Part shown: positions 43,503-53,863 of the stretch, piece after piece
Layout: every line of letters begins with the position of its first letter
Numbering within the stretch: position 1 is the first letter of the stretch
Program-made: the position numbers and the translations under genes
The notes under the pieces: generated by a model
Told to the model about the DNA's origin: nothing
What the model saw: the letters and a program-made list of their open reading frames with translations, nothing else
Databases searched by the model: none
Source: Armatimonadota bacterium
GTDB lineage: Bacteria; Armatimonadota; UBA5829; DSUL01
Direction: 5' to 3'
Assembly (NCBI GenBank): GCA_039811685.1
Contig: JBDHZC010000001.1
Location: 512,001-576,000, forward strand
DNA: 64,000 nt

Positions 43503-44072
43503 TTGGCTGAATACGTCGTCTCCGTAATGTCGCGTGACCGCGCTGGCATCGTCGCGGCCGTCTCAGGCGCAATCGTTGGACTGGGTGGAAACATCACGCA
43601 TCTCAGCCAGACCGTCCTGCGAGGCTACTTCACGATCATTCTTTCGGTCGAAAGCGAAGCTGATATAGACACTGAGGAGTTGCGCTCGGCCATTGAAAAG
43701 ACAGGAGCACCGGGTGAGTTCGAGGTGGGTGTTCTCCCGTACAAGGAGGTTGCATCCGCTCCTTCGGCAGGTACAGAGCGCTTTGTACTGACAGTGCGCT
43801 GCCGGGATCGCAAAGGAATCATCCACGATATCTCGCGCACCCTGGCTGAGCGTCACATTAATATAGACGACTTCTATGCCTACGTACGCGACGCGGAACT
43901 CATTATGATTCTGGAAATTGGCGTCGCGCCAGGCACAGAGCTCACAGCTCTGAATGCTGATATTGACGCTCTGGCGCGACGCACCAATATCAGCGCAAGT
44001 CTGCAACACGCCGACATTTTCAGAGCGACAACTGAGCTGCAGGCTGTTCTGCGGCTGGGAGACAAGCGCTAA
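43503..44072 (+). CDS. Tandem ACT-domain protein (GcvR-like)
   Basis: Two DR.GI..IS..L...NI motifs. Confidence 0.85.
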   Translation: MAEYVVSVMSRDRAGIVAAVSGAIVGLGGNITHLSQTVLRGYFTIILSVESEADIDTEELRSAIEKTGAPGEFEVGVLPYKEVASAPSAGTERFVLTVRCRDRKGIIHDISRTLAERHINIDDFYAYVRDAELIMILEIGVAPGTELTALNADIDALARRTNISASLQHADIFRATTELQAVLRLGDKR

Positions 44073-45442
44073 TGCCCGGCCGCGACTGGATTCTGAGCAC
44101 AGTCGAAATGCTTCAGCACGAACATCTCGACGTTCGCGCTGTAACGATGGGCGTGGATCTGTCTGACTGCGCAGATCGCAACATCGAGACGCTGTGTCGC
44201 CTTGTCAGGGAGAAGCTCGGGCGGGTAGCAGGTGGGCTGGTGCAGGCCTGTGAGCAGGTTGCGGCCACGTACGGCATTCCCGTCGTCAACAAGCGGCTCT
44301 CGATTTCAGCGGCCTCCGCCATCACTGCGGGCCACACGCAGGATGAGTTGCTGGAGTTTGCGAGCACGCTGGACACAGCAGCCGAGGAAATCGGCATTGA
44401 CTTCATCGGCGGATTTTCCGCAATGGTGCACAAAGGCATTACTGAGGCCGATCGCACTCTCATAGAATCTCTGCCAGCCGTGCTTTCGCAGACGTCGCGG
44501 GTGTGCGCGTCCGTCAACGCCGCCTCTTCCCGCTCGGGCATCAATATGGAGGCGTTGCTGCTGCTCGGAGGCGTGATACTGGAGGCAGCTGAGAGAACTG
44601 CAGAGGCGGACGGGTTTGCCTGCTGCAAGCTATGTGTCTTCTCCAACATCCCTGAAGACAACCCGTTTATGGCAGGCGCCTACAGAGGCCCCGGAGAACC
44701 GGAAACGGTTATCAACGTTGGGGTCAGCGGTCCAGGCGTTGTCAAGCGCGCCGTGGAAAGGCTGCGCCAGAGCGGGCTATCCCTGACGCTACAGGATATT
44801 GCGGAGGAGATAAAGAACACCTCGTTTCGCGTGACCCGGACTGGCGAGCTTATCGGCCGGGAGGTGGCCCGGCTGATCGGCGCGGAGTTCGGCATTGTCG
44901 ATCTTTCTCTGGCGCCGACACCAGAGGTCGGCGACAGCGTCGGAGAGATACTGCAGGCGATGGGGATAGCGCACATTGGTGGGCCAGGTTCCACAGCAGC
45001 GCTGGCTCTGCTGACTGACGCTATCAAGAAGGGCGGAACATTTGCGTCCTCCTCCGTGGGCGGAATGTCGGGCGCATTTATCCCTGTGGCGGAAGACAGC
45101 GCCCTGGCAAACGCGGCTGCACGAGGCACACTGTCTCTGGAAGCACTGGAGGCAATGACCGCCGTCTGCTCGGTGGGTCTGGATATGGTGGCTCTCCCCG
45201 GAGACCTCAGCGCTGAGACGCTGGCGGCCATAGCGGCTGATGAGCTGGCAATCGGAGTGGTGAACAAAAAGACGACAGCCGTGCGCCTGATCCCCGTGCC
45301 GGGAAAGAAAGCGGGAGAGTGGGCCGTTTTTGGCGGTCTGTTCGGCCAGAGTCCGATCTTGGATGTGTGCCGGGACAGCGCTGAGGAGTTCGTCAGACTT
45401 GGCGGACGGATTCCGGCGCCCCTGCAGAGTCTGGTAAACTGA
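44072..45442 (+). CDS. DUF711/UPF0210 (PFL-like) protein
   Basis: LDVRAVTMG, EDNPFMAGA, INVGVSGPGVV, VCSVGLDM, GRIPAP. Confidence 0.92.
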   Translation: MPGRDWILSTVEMLQHEHLDVRAVTMGVDLSDCADRNIETLCRLVREKLGRVAGGLVQACEQVAATYGIPVVNKRLSISAASAITAGHTQDELLEFASTLDTAAEEIGIDFIGGFSAMVHKGITEADRTLIESLPAVLSQTSRVCASVNAASSRSGINMEALLLLGGVILEAAERTAEADGFACCKLCVFSNIPEDNPFMAGAYRGPGEPETVINVGVSGPGVVKRAVERLRQSGLSLTLQDIAEEIKNTSFRVTRTGELIGREVARLIGAEFGIVDLSLAPTPEVGDSVGEILQAMGIAHIGGPGSTAALALLTDAIKKGGTFASSSVGGMSGAFIPVAEDSALANAAARGTLSLEALEAMTAVCSVGLDMVALPGDLSAETLAAIAADELAIGVVNKKTTAVRLIPVPGKKAGEWAVFGGLFGQSPILDVCRDSAEEFVRLGGRIPAPLQSLVN

Positions 45443-45444
45443 GT

Positions 45445-46251
45445 TCAGTGATAGGTCTGAGTCTCTCCGGGAAAAGTGGCCGGGTCGCCCAGGGCATCAA
45501 AATCAATCTGCTTGAGTGTGTAGATACCGCCTGAGCTGAGGAAGAATCCCTTTTCAACTGCGGCATTTTCAGCATCGCGGAGCAGCTTTGCGCGAAAGAC
45601 CCTATCCTCTATCGCCAGCGCAATAATCTGCTTGAGCTGGTAAGAATCCAGAGAAGTTATGGCGTCCTTGGCGTCCTCCGCTATCTCACCTCCGGGCTCC
45701 AGTTCCACAACGCGCGTAAACTCCCGGATGGCCTTGCCAAGATCGCCCTTCTGCTGAAACAAAATGGCGCGTTTGAAGTGATTGCCGGCATCCATCGGAT
45801 CCAGATGGATGAGCTCGTTGGCTGTTTGCAGCGCCTTGTCCAACTGCCCAAGCTGAAGATAGGCTACACCCAGCATATCCCTGGCGTGGACGCTTCGCGG
45901 TGAGGTCTTGATGAAGCGCTTGGCGTTGTCAATAAGCTCGTGATACTGTCCTGTTTCCAGATACAGTTGGAGCAAGAGCTCCTGGGCTTTCAGATCACGC
46001 CCAGCCAGTCCGAGAGCCTGCGTCGCCAGATCAATGGCTTCGTCCGTGCGCCCCTGTCCATGTCGAAGTGAGGCAAGCTGTGTCAGATAGACGGCGTTGG
46101 AAGGCTCTCGAGCGATCGCCCTCTCCATAAACCGGGCGGCCTCGTCCAGACGCCCTTCCTTCGCCAGATGTTCTGCCTTGCGCACTGAAGCGGCGGTACG
46201 TCTGCGCGAGGTCGAATCAATTCTTGGCGTGTTTTCACTTCTACCTGTCAT
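45445..46251 (-). CDS. TPR protein with a C-terminal NHLP/Os1348-like helical segment
   Basis: About five TPR motifs; tail IIALAIEDRVFRAKLLRDA. Confidence 0.8.
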   Translation of the reverse strand: MTGRSENTPRIDSTSRRRTAASVRKAEHLAKEGRLDEAARFMERAIAREPSNAVYLTQLASLRHGQGRTDEAIDLATQALGLAGRDLKAQELLLQLYLETGQYHELIDNAKRFIKTSPRSVHARDMLGVAYLQLGQLDKALQTANELIHLDPMDAGNHFKRAILFQQKGDLGKAIREFTRVVELEPGGEIAEDAKDAITSLDSYQLKQIIALAIEDRVFRAKLLRDAENAAVEKGFFLSSGGIYTLKQIDFDALGDPATFPGETQTYH

Positions 46252-46290
46252 ACAACTACCATCTGTGCAAGAATGAGCCAAATCAGATAT

Positions 46291-47328
46291 CTAAGTCAGC
46301 GGGAAGCGCACGGGCTGCCTCAGCTCACTGGACCTGTAAATCCCCAGAATGAACTCTACCGATTTGCGCGCCTCGACGCCAGTCACAAGCGGTGCGCGTT
46401 TTTGAATTATCGCGTCGGCAAAGTCTTTGATCTGAGCGCGGTGATTCTCAATGCCGATGTCTGCCGGGTTTGCAGCCGCCTGAGGATCGTCTGCCACCAG
46501 GCTCTCCGGCGGACCGGATCCGTCTTCGGTCTCCCACCGGACAATGCGCGCGCCCTCCACTAAAACGTTCCCTGTCTCACCGTGAAACTCCAAACGGTGA
46601 TCCATTCCATTATAAACCGAAGTCGTCGCTTCGATAATCCCCATCGCGCCACAAGAGTACTCGACCACCGCGCATGCCGTGTCCTCCACTTCGATTTTGC
46701 GAGCCAGATGGGCGCACCTGGCATAGACCGAAACAGGGTCTCCAGCAATCCAGCGCATCAGGTCCACACAGTGCACACCCTGATTCATAAGGGCGCCGCC
46801 TCCATCCAGCTCCCAAGTGCCGCGCCATCCAGCGCTGTCGTAGTAGGCCTGACTCCGGTAGTACTTGATATAGGCATCCGCCAGAATCAGCCTGCCAATG
46901 CTACCGCCCTGGACAGCGTCTCGCACAGCTTGCCACAGCTTTTGCGTCCGGCGCTGAAAGATGCAGCCGAGCGTCACACCCTGTCTGGCGCACACAGATA
47001 TGAGTTCGTCCATGTGGTCTAAGGTTACATCCAGAGGCTTTTCACAGAGGACGTGTTTGCCGGCCAGAGCGGCCAGCACTCCGATCTTCGCGTGGAGACC
47101 GGACGGCACGCAGACGCACACGGCGTCAATCTCAGAGTCACGCAGAAGGGCATCAACATCGTAGTACGCCCTGACGCCACCCGCATCTTTAGCCAGAGAG
47201 TCCGCTTTTTCGGGAATAACGTCACAGACTGCGACAAGTCGAGCGTGTGGGATGTCTCGAATGCTCTGCGTGTGCCAGGGCGCGATAACTCCGCAGCCAA
47301 TGACGCCAAAACCAACTGTGTTGCCCAT
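46291..47328 (-). CDS. Gfo/Idh/MocA oxidoreductase
   Basis: GVIGCG, HVLCEKP, WRGTWELDGGGALMNQGVH. Confidence 0.92.
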   Translation of the reverse strand: MGNTVGFGVIGCGVIAPWHTQSIRDIPHARLVAVCDVIPEKADSLAKDAGGVRAYYDVDALLRDSEIDAVCVCVPSGLHAKIGVLAALAGKHVLCEKPLDVTLDHMDELISVCARQGVTLGCIFQRRTQKLWQAVRDAVQGGSIGRLILADAYIKYYRSQAYYDSAGWRGTWELDGGGALMNQGVHCVDLMRWIAGDPVSVYARCAHLARKIEVEDTACAVVEYSCGAMGIIEATTSVYNGMDHRLEFHGETGNVLVEGARIVRWETEDGSGPPESLVADDPQAAANPADIGIENHRAQIKDFADAIIQKRAPLVTGVEARKSVEFILGIYRSSELRQPVRFPLT

Positions 47329-47577
47329 AAAGCTGACCTCGCCTCTGTCCCGATGCGGTATCCTCACGTCCGAAGGTGTGGAACTGCCTGCGCGCTTCGA
47401 CCTCAGTGGTGGGGATTCCTTCGCCTTGTGAAACAGACGCGCCTGCTAAGAGTCTCCTGGGCTTTGGAGACACTCATTGCAAAGGAATCACGCCCTATCA
47501 GCCGAAAACTAAGGTGTGATCTCCCAGCGTAAGACAGCAGTTCAGTTTTTGTACGTCCACACCGGCGGGCCAGCGTC

Positions 47578-48450
47578 TTGAGCACAGCCGCGGCGTTGTT
47601 CACCGCCATGCGACCGCAGCAGTGGTCGAAGAATCTCTTTGTCTTTGCCGGCCTCATCTTCGCTGTGCGTTTCAATGACATCAGCGCGGACCTCGTCGCT
47701 CTTGCCGCCTTTTGCTGCTTTTGCGCGCTGTCCTCAGGCGTGTATCTTGTCAACGACATCGCCGACTGCGAGCGCGACCGCAAGCACCCGATCAAGCGCA
47801 ATCGGCCAATAGCCAGTGGTCAGCTTAGTGTAGCTACAGCCACTCTTGCCGCGGTCGTCCTGTGCGCGGGAGCAGTGACGGCAGGATTTCTGGTACGAAT
47901 CAGCTTCGGCGTCTTCTGCACCGGATATCTGGTGATGATGCTGGCGTACAGCTTTGCCCTCAAGCACGAGGTCATCCTGGATGTCTTCATCATCGCCGCT
48001 GGCTTCGTTATTAGGGCGCTCGCCGGAGCCTCCGCCATCAACGTGCGCGTGTCGCCGTGGCTGATTGTGTGCACCATTCTGCTTTCCCTGTTCCTCGCTC
48101 TGTGCAAGCGCCGGGCAGAGCTGATTATGCTGGACACTGGAGCGCAGAAGCACCGGCGCACTCTGGAGCACTACACAGTCGGTTTTCTGGATCAGATGAT
48201 CAGCGTAGTGACGTCTGCAACGGTCGTCTGCTATCTTCTGTATGCGTTTCAATCAGATACCGCGGCCCAGCACGGCGGGTTACTGCTCACTGTCCCTTTT
48301 GTGCTTTACGGTATGTTCCGCTATCTCTATCTGGTGTACACCAAGGATCAGGGACAGAATCCCGAGCAGATGATCCTCTCCGACCGCCCCTTGCTGGTTG
48401 ACCTGGTATTGTGGGCTGTCGTTTCCGGAGCCGTGCTCTGGAAGCTCTAG
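47578..48450 (+). CDS. UbiA-family decaprenyl-phosphate phosphoribosyltransferase-like protein
   Basis: RPQQWSKN, YLVNDIAD..DRKHP.K..RPIASG, KRRAE. Confidence 0.88.
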   Translation: MSTAAALFTAMRPQQWSKNLFVFAGLIFAVRFNDISADLVALAAFCCFCALSSGVYLVNDIADCERDRKHPIKRNRPIASGQLSVATATLAAVVLCAGAVTAGFLVRISFGVFCTGYLVMMLAYSFALKHEVILDVFIIAAGFVIRALAGASAINVRVSPWLIVCTILLSLFLALCKRRAELIMLDTGAQKHRRTLEHYTVGFLDQMISVVTSATVVCYLLYAFQSDTAAQHGGLLLTVPFVLYGMFRYLYLVYTKDQGQNPEQMILSDRPLLVDLVLWAVVSGAVLWKL

Positions 48451-48482
48451 CACGCAAAAGACAGCGATAAGGACAGTAGTCT

Positions 48483-49592
48483 ATGAAGATTGCCTTTGTG
48501 GGGACTCGCGGAGTACCCGCAAGCTATAGCGGATTTGAGACCTTTGTCGAAGAGCTCGGGGCCCGGCTGGCCGCCAGTGGGCATCAGGTGACTGTGTACT
48601 GCCGGTCACACCATATCACCTACGCTGGGGACAGCTACCGCGGGATGCGTCTGGTGAAGCTGCCCACCATCACCAACAAGTACCTGGATACACTCGTGCA
48701 CAGCAAGCTATCCATGTATCACGCGCTCTATTGCGTGCGTCCAGATGTCATTTACGTCTGTGGCCAGGGTAACGCTGTGACACTGCTTCTTCCGCGTATG
48801 GCAGGCACGCCCACAGTTATCAATGTGGATGGCCCGGACTGGGAACGCCAGAAATGGAACCGCTTTGCGCGCTGGTTCTTGAAGTCCTCTGAGAGAGTCG
48901 CCGTGAAACTGGCAGATATTGTCATCGCAGATTCCAGAGAAGTGCAGCGCTACTACCGCAGCCACTACAACGCTGATACAACCTATATCGCCTACGGAGC
49001 AGACGTCCCTGAGCAGCGCCCGGGGACAGAAACGCTGGAAAAGTATGGACTGAAAGACAGGGAATACTTCCTCTTTGTTGGCAGGCTCGTCCCGGAGAAC
49101 TGCGCTCACCATCTGGTGGAGGCGTTTGAACATCTACAAACAGACAAGAAGTGCGTGATCGTAGGAGACGCGCCGTACGCCGAGGAATACAAAGCGCATC
49201 TGAAGCTCACTTCCAATCCAAACGTTGTTTTCACAGGCTACGTCTTTGGAGACGGATACCGTGAACTGAGCAGCCACGCGTACGTTCACTGTCTGACCAG
49301 TGAAGTCGGCGGGACTCATCCGGCTCTGGTGGAAGCGATGGCCTTTGGAAATTGTGTCGTTGTCAACGATATTCCCACAAATCTGGAGACGATTGGAGAG
49401 GCGGGACTCTCCTACAGCGGAAAAGCTGGAGCCGATTCCTTACGCAACGTCCTGCAATGGACGCTGGAACATCATGAAGAAGTGCAGAGCCTGCGGGAGA
49501 AAGCGCGCGCGCGTGTCTTGAGTGAGTACTCGTGGGAAGTGATCACACAGCGGTATGAAGAGCTATTCCGCGAGATGACCGGACAGCACTAA
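48483..49592 (+). CDS. GT4-type glycosyltransferase (DUF1972-like)
   Basis: GTRGVPASYSGFET, NVDG.DWERQKW, VGRLVPEN, GGTHPALVEAMA. Confidence 0.9.
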   Translation: MKIAFVGTRGVPASYSGFETFVEELGARLAASGHQVTVYCRSHHITYAGDSYRGMRLVKLPTITNKYLDTLVHSKLSMYHALYCVRPDVIYVCGQGNAVTLLLPRMAGTPTVINVDGPDWERQKWNRFARWFLKSSERVAVKLADIVIADSREVQRYYRSHYNADTTYIAYGADVPEQRPGTETLEKYGLKDREYFLFVGRLVPENCAHHLVEAFEHLQTDKKCVIVGDAPYAEEYKAHLKLTSNPNVVFTGYVFGDGYRELSSHAYVHCLTSEVGGTHPALVEAMAFGNCVVVNDIPTNLETIGEAGLSYSGKAGADSLRNVLQWTLEHHEEVQSLREKARARVLSEYSWEVITQRYEELFREMTGQH

Positions 49593-49596
49593 GGCT

Positions 49597-50364
49597 TCAG
49601 AACCCGAGCAGCGTTCCAACATCAGAGTCAGTCTGAATGTCGAATTGCTTCTCGATACCGTAGCGATCGCAGATTTGCTGCAGTTGACGGTCGGAGGCGC
49701 GCAGTTGCCTGTCAACGTTCATCTGGGAGCTTCCCCGCAGGCTCAACAGGGCGGAAATATCTCCATTGCTCATCGCCACCTGAATGGTGCTCATCACCTG
49801 TACATAGGATGCCAGCGCCTGACCGTAGGTGTTGGCAAGCTCAGCGCATGGTTGAGGCGGTGGCAACGCCTGAAAGTACCGGATCAGATTCTGCCAGTTT
49901 CGTATGTACTTTGAGTATCCCTGCTGGAGGTCACGCTGGGCGCTCTGATCGTCTTCGTCTCCAAGTCCAAGCTGCACGCTGTAAGCTGATTTCAGCATCT
50001 GCAGCGCGGGATTTACGTCGTCGCGCATACCCTGCCGGTACGCTTCCACGCGCTTCAGGTGTTCCAGATAGCGGACAACGTCCGCCGGAGGTTGCGCTGC
50101 CGGTTGGGGTTCATCGGGTTTTGGCTTCGGTGTTTGAACAATCGCGGGCGCCAGAGGCGGTGGCTCCCTGTTTGTAGTCACGACAGGCGCCCCCTTCAGC
50201 GCTGGAGGCGGTGTGGCTTCAATGACCTTTTTGCCAGAAAACAGATGCGCGAGAATCAGTCCGATCGCAGCTAGGATAAAGAGCGCGATAATCGCGATAA
50301 TCAGGGGGCGCTGTGACCTTTTGACAACCGGACGTCGTTCTGTAGCTGTGTGTTCAACAGGCAT
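49597..50364 (-). CDS. Hypothetical membrane-anchored protein
   Basis: Single TM segment, Pro-rich linker, helical body; SD GGAG before ATG 50364. Confidence 0.7.
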   Translation of the reverse strand: MPVEHTATERRPVVKRSQRPLIIAIIALFILAAIGLILAHLFSGKKVIEATPPPALKGAPVVTTNREPPPLAPAIVQTPKPKPDEPQPAAQPPADVVRYLEHLKRVEAYRQGMRDDVNPALQMLKSAYSVQLGLGDEDDQSAQRDLQQGYSKYIRNWQNLIRYFQALPPPQPCAELANTYGQALASYVQVMSTIQVAMSNGDISALLSLRGSSQMNVDRQLRASDRQLQQICDRYGIEKQFDIQTDSDVGTLLGF

Positions 50365-50513
50365 AAAAGTCTCCAGACGATCGGTGTACTCTTGCAGGCT
50401 ATCACAAGGCGTCAGACGCGTCAACGCTGCGGGCTGTCCAGATGTGCCGGGCGTCGGCGGCCTTCATGCAGCCTCAGAAAGCGTATCTGAAAGAGGGCTG
50501 CAGCGCGGATAAA

Positions 50514-50591
50514 TGGGGCGAGTGAGGAGACTTGAACTCCCGGCCTCCAGGGCCACAACCTGGCGCTCTAACCGACTGAGCTACACCCGCC
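50514..50591 (-). tRNA. tRNA-His (GTG)
   Basis: G-1, GCGGGTG/CACTCGC acceptor, CCAGG-TTGTGGC-CCTGG anticodon arm, C73, CCA. Confidence 0.96.
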
Positions 50592-50711
50592 GCAGCGTGC
50601 GTCTGGGGACGCACCGCTTTATTATATCAACAGGCGGCGCCATTCACCACAACGCTGAAGTCAGTGTCAGTTTCCTTCTTGTCTCATCACAAAGACGTGA
50701 GGCCAAGGATG

Positions 50712-52505
50712 CTACTCATCGTAGTCTTCAATGCTGCGTACAAGCAGTACCGGAATAACTTGACTCCCGACCTGCCGCAAAGAAACAACTCCTGTGACGA
50801 TGGCGTGTTCGCCCAGATCCGCGTGAGGGCCGGAGACAAGTAAGCCCTGCTGACCAGGCATAGATGCAACCGGGGAGCCGTCGTCAAGAAGGAACTCCAT
50901 TGGCGTGGGTGGAATGGCGGCAAGTGAGGTGCTCACGACCTTTCCAACTACTCTTATGAGAAGGCCCACAGTGTTGAGTCCGACTCCGCCGCTGGCGCCA
51001 TTATTGGCTCCGACGGTTCCACCTCCGGCAGCGCTTGCCAGCATGACTCTGACATCCGGACTGTCACCTGTGCCAACTACAAGCACACTGGTAGAAAGCA
51101 CCGCCCGCTCTTGTCCCGATTGACCGAGCGTCCCACTTACATTGACAACATCGCCAACGTCAACAGGTTCATTTGATACAACGCGGATCCCCGCGATACC
51201 GTCCCAGTCCTGGATATAGAAAAACCCGCTGCCCGCATAAGTGACGGGTTTTCCCGGCAACGTCACAGCCGTCGAGTCCGGAAGCGTACGGGCGCCTGCT
51301 ACTGTCTTGATGAGCTCATTGGCGGCCGAAAACCGGACAAGGCGCGCCCCGTCAGGCGTATCCAGCCCGATCAGCATGTCTCCGTTCGTGTCGAAAGCAG
51401 CGGTAGAGCTGGCATCTGTCGCCATATCCAGCGACCAGGCCAACTGCCCCACCCGGGTAAAGGCGCGGATTGTCCCGTCGCTCACTCCAAAGTAGGCGGT
51501 CTTTGCGCTATCCATACTTGGCGTGGCTCGGGCTGTCCCAGGAAACGTTCTCTTCCACAGGCGCACTCCGTCAGAAGTTCTGAATCCAATAGCCTTGCTG
51601 CCGTAGGCATTCCCGACACCGTATCCATCCGAGCTAAGCGCCACACCCGTCTGGGCAGGGCTCTGCAGAATGAATGACTTCCAGTCGTAAGCGTTTGTTG
51701 TGGTCGGAACTGCGACAACACTGCCCGCAATGTCTGTCAGAATCAGCCTCCCGGTGGTTGGGTCGTAAGCAGGTGAGGAGTACATATGCGATGAGGACCC
51801 GTTGTTGTAGATCCAGCCTGGCGTTCCATCAGGTCCGTACTTGAAAAGCTGGGCAAACCCGGTGGTATAGATATTGCCGGCGGGATCGGCGCTTGGTGAT
51901 CCGAGAACGTGCGGCGCATGCAAAGCCGTCTGATGCCAGTATTCTGTCCCGTTCGGGTGAATCACATAAGTGAAGCCTGTACCATCCGTGGGCGAGAGAA
52001 ACTGGTAGGTTGTTATGAGAATGTCTCCATTTGGTAGAATCCCCGGGTACGTGTCCGCTGACACTCCCAGAGTGTCAAATCGCCACTGAAATGTGCCGTT
52101 GCTGGACACCTCATGAAGCCGACCCAGGGCATCCAGGATGTAGACAGAGCCGTCCGTTGCGACGGCCGGCGCGGGCGTGCTGGGAGTACGGTCAAATTCA
52201 AGAGCGACCGCGCCCGTATCGTAGGGCCATCCCGGAGCAGAAGTGCCGTCAGCCTGGATACAGTGGAGCTTGCCATCGCTGGTTCCGATATACGCGCGTC
52301 CATCTTCGTCGATGACTGGCGAGGCATAGTTGATTTTGCTGGCTCCAAGGTCGGCCGACCAGACAATATCAGGAAACTGAGGCCCGCGAGCTTGCGCCTG
52401 ACCACCCCGCTGCACATCGCGATGCCACATTGGCCACGGGTGAGCCGCATAGGCCACTCCCTGTGACGCCACAAGGCAGGCGCTCAGATACACGATAAAC
52501 TTCAT
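50712..52505 (-). CDS. Secreted PQQ/BamB-like beta-propeller protein with shared C-terminal domain
   Basis: Signal peptide MKFIVYL; WPMWHRD; repeated SP.I..DG..Y.G..DG.L....G...W. Confidence 0.85.
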   Translation of the reverse strand: MKFIVYLSACLVASQGVAYAAHPWPMWHRDVQRGGQAQARGPQFPDIVWSADLGASKINYASPVIDEDGRAYIGTSDGKLHCIQADGTSAPGWPYDTGAVALEFDRTPSTPAPAVATDGSVYILDALGRLHEVSSNGTFQWRFDTLGVSADTYPGILPNGDILITTYQFLSPTDGTGFTYVIHPNGTEYWHQTALHAPHVLGSPSADPAGNIYTTGFAQLFKYGPDGTPGWIYNNGSSSHMYSSPAYDPTTGRLILTDIAGSVVAVPTTTNAYDWKSFILQSPAQTGVALSSDGYGVGNAYGSKAIGFRTSDGVRLWKRTFPGTARATPSMDSAKTAYFGVSDGTIRAFTRVGQLAWSLDMATDASSTAAFDTNGDMLIGLDTPDGARLVRFSAANELIKTVAGARTLPDSTAVTLPGKPVTYAGSGFFYIQDWDGIAGIRVVSNEPVDVGDVVNVSGTLGQSGQERAVLSTSVLVVGTGDSPDVRVMLASAAGGGTVGANNGASGGVGLNTVGLLIRVVGKVVSTSLAAIPPTPMEFLLDDGSPVASMPGQQGLLVSGPHADLGEHAIVTGVVSLRQVGSQVIPVLLVRSIEDYDE

Positions 52506-52554
52506 ATGCTTCTCCTTTACCAAGATAGCCCTGCGCGCTTACACTGTCCCACAG

Positions 52555-53259
52555 TCAGAAATCACCGGTGAGCAGGTGCGCTTCTGGCAAGCGCGCCGCA
52601 ACATGTCCATCCGCGTACAAACGGTTGAATGTATCCGCGCCATGCGGCAGCTTGACGATGTTAGCGTTGGGGTCCGGCCGCTGCTTGCTGTCTCTGACCA
52701 ACAGCGCCTGAGTGGCCGCATCTTCCGTGCCATGCATGACTGTGGACTGCTGTACCTGCCCAGCAAATTGATTCCAGCCGAAATTATCCCCATCGCCGCC
52801 GGTGATGCTCTTTTGCATATCCCGACCGTAAAAAACATAAGTCTGCAACCATCTGTCGGGCCCCTTTCCCTGTGGCAGACCGTTGACAGCGGAGGGGCAA
52901 ACAAGGGTTCTCGCGTCAATGATATAGCTGCCAAGGACTTTGGCCGGGGTCAGAGCTTTGGCGTCTCGAAACGGGTCATAATTGCGCCGGATATTATCGT
53001 TCTGTACAAAAAGCGTGTCTATGACCGGCATGCGGTCACGGTAGTCGTTGCAGTACGCCTTGACAGCCACTCCAATCTGCTTCAGATTGCTCAGGCAGGT
53101 TGCGGACTTTGCGCGATTCTTGGCGGCGCCAAAAACAGGAAAGAGAATAGCTGCCAGAATGGCAATAATGGCAATAACGACCAGCAGCTCGATGAGCGTA
53201 AATCCTGATCGGTATAAGGCAGAATTGCCAGTAGAACTTTTTGTATTGCTTGACGCCAT
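52555..53259 (-). CDS. Prepilin-type N-methylation protein (DUF1559-like)
   Basis: [39 protein letters not shown]10-DGH; SD AGGAG. Confidence 0.92.
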   Translation of the reverse strand: MASSNTKSSTGNSALYRSGFTLIELLVVIAIIAILAAILFPVFGAAKNRAKSATCLSNLKQIGVAVKAYCNDYRDRMPVIDTLFVQNDNIRRNYDPFRDAKALTPAKVLGSYIIDARTLVCPSAVNGLPQGKGPDRWLQTYVFYGRDMQKSITGGDGDNFGWNQFAGQVQQSTVMHGTEDAATQALLVRDSKQRPDPNANIVKLPHGADTFNRLYADGHVAARLPEAHLLTGDF

Positions 53260-53365
53260 TTCCAGCTTTACTCCTACAGGAATGTAGCGGCTCAAACAGT
53301 TGGTGTCAACGCAATAGCGGCGCGAAAGGCCGATTTCAGGTCCTGACCTGATCTGAACAGAACAG

Positions 53366-53863
53366 TTGCGGATTGTGGACAACGAGAAAGACCCAAAAAC
53401 TTCAGGAAAGCGCTCACAGGCCACAGATCTGACGGTGTCGGCCGTTCTGTTTGCTCTTAGTGTTGCCAGCCTCTCTGCTCGCGCTCTGGGCAGGGTGTGG
53501 GTGGGCACTCAGCGAGACCCCTGGGTCCTGCCCTATGAGGGAACATTACCACTGGTTTTTGCGCTGTCTATGGCCGGACTTGGTCTGCTGGTGGCTATCC
53601 TGTACGCCCTGCGCGGGCCGATCTTTTTGAAGGGCGAGGCGTTCGTAGTCTCAGGCCTGGTATTTCTGTGCGGCGCGTGTGCTGGTGTGGTGAGCGCAAC
53701 GGTTTGCCAGGCATGGCTGCACGTGGCAAAGCTGGCGATTGTTGGCGGATGGTATCACCCCAGGGCTCTGGTAGCTGCGTCGCTCGTGTGCCTCGCGCTG
53801 GGGCTCATAGTCCTTGGCCTCGGAGCCTGCACGCGAAGCCGGACAAACGCTGACTCTGTCTAG
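53366..53863 (+). CDS. Hypothetical membrane protein
   Basis: About four hydrophobic segments; fills the gap between neighbours. Confidence 0.55.
   Translation: MRIVDNEKDPKTSGKRSQATDLTVSAVLFALSVASLSARALGRVWVGTQRDPWVLPYEGTLPLVFALSMAGLGLLVAILYALRGPIFLKGEAFVVSGLVFLCGACAGVVSATVCQAWLHVAKLAIVGGWYHPRALVAASLVCLALGLIVLGLGACTRSRTNADSV

Noticed and set aside
50513..50758. 81-aa plus-strand ORF
   Set aside because: Antisense translation of tRNA-His
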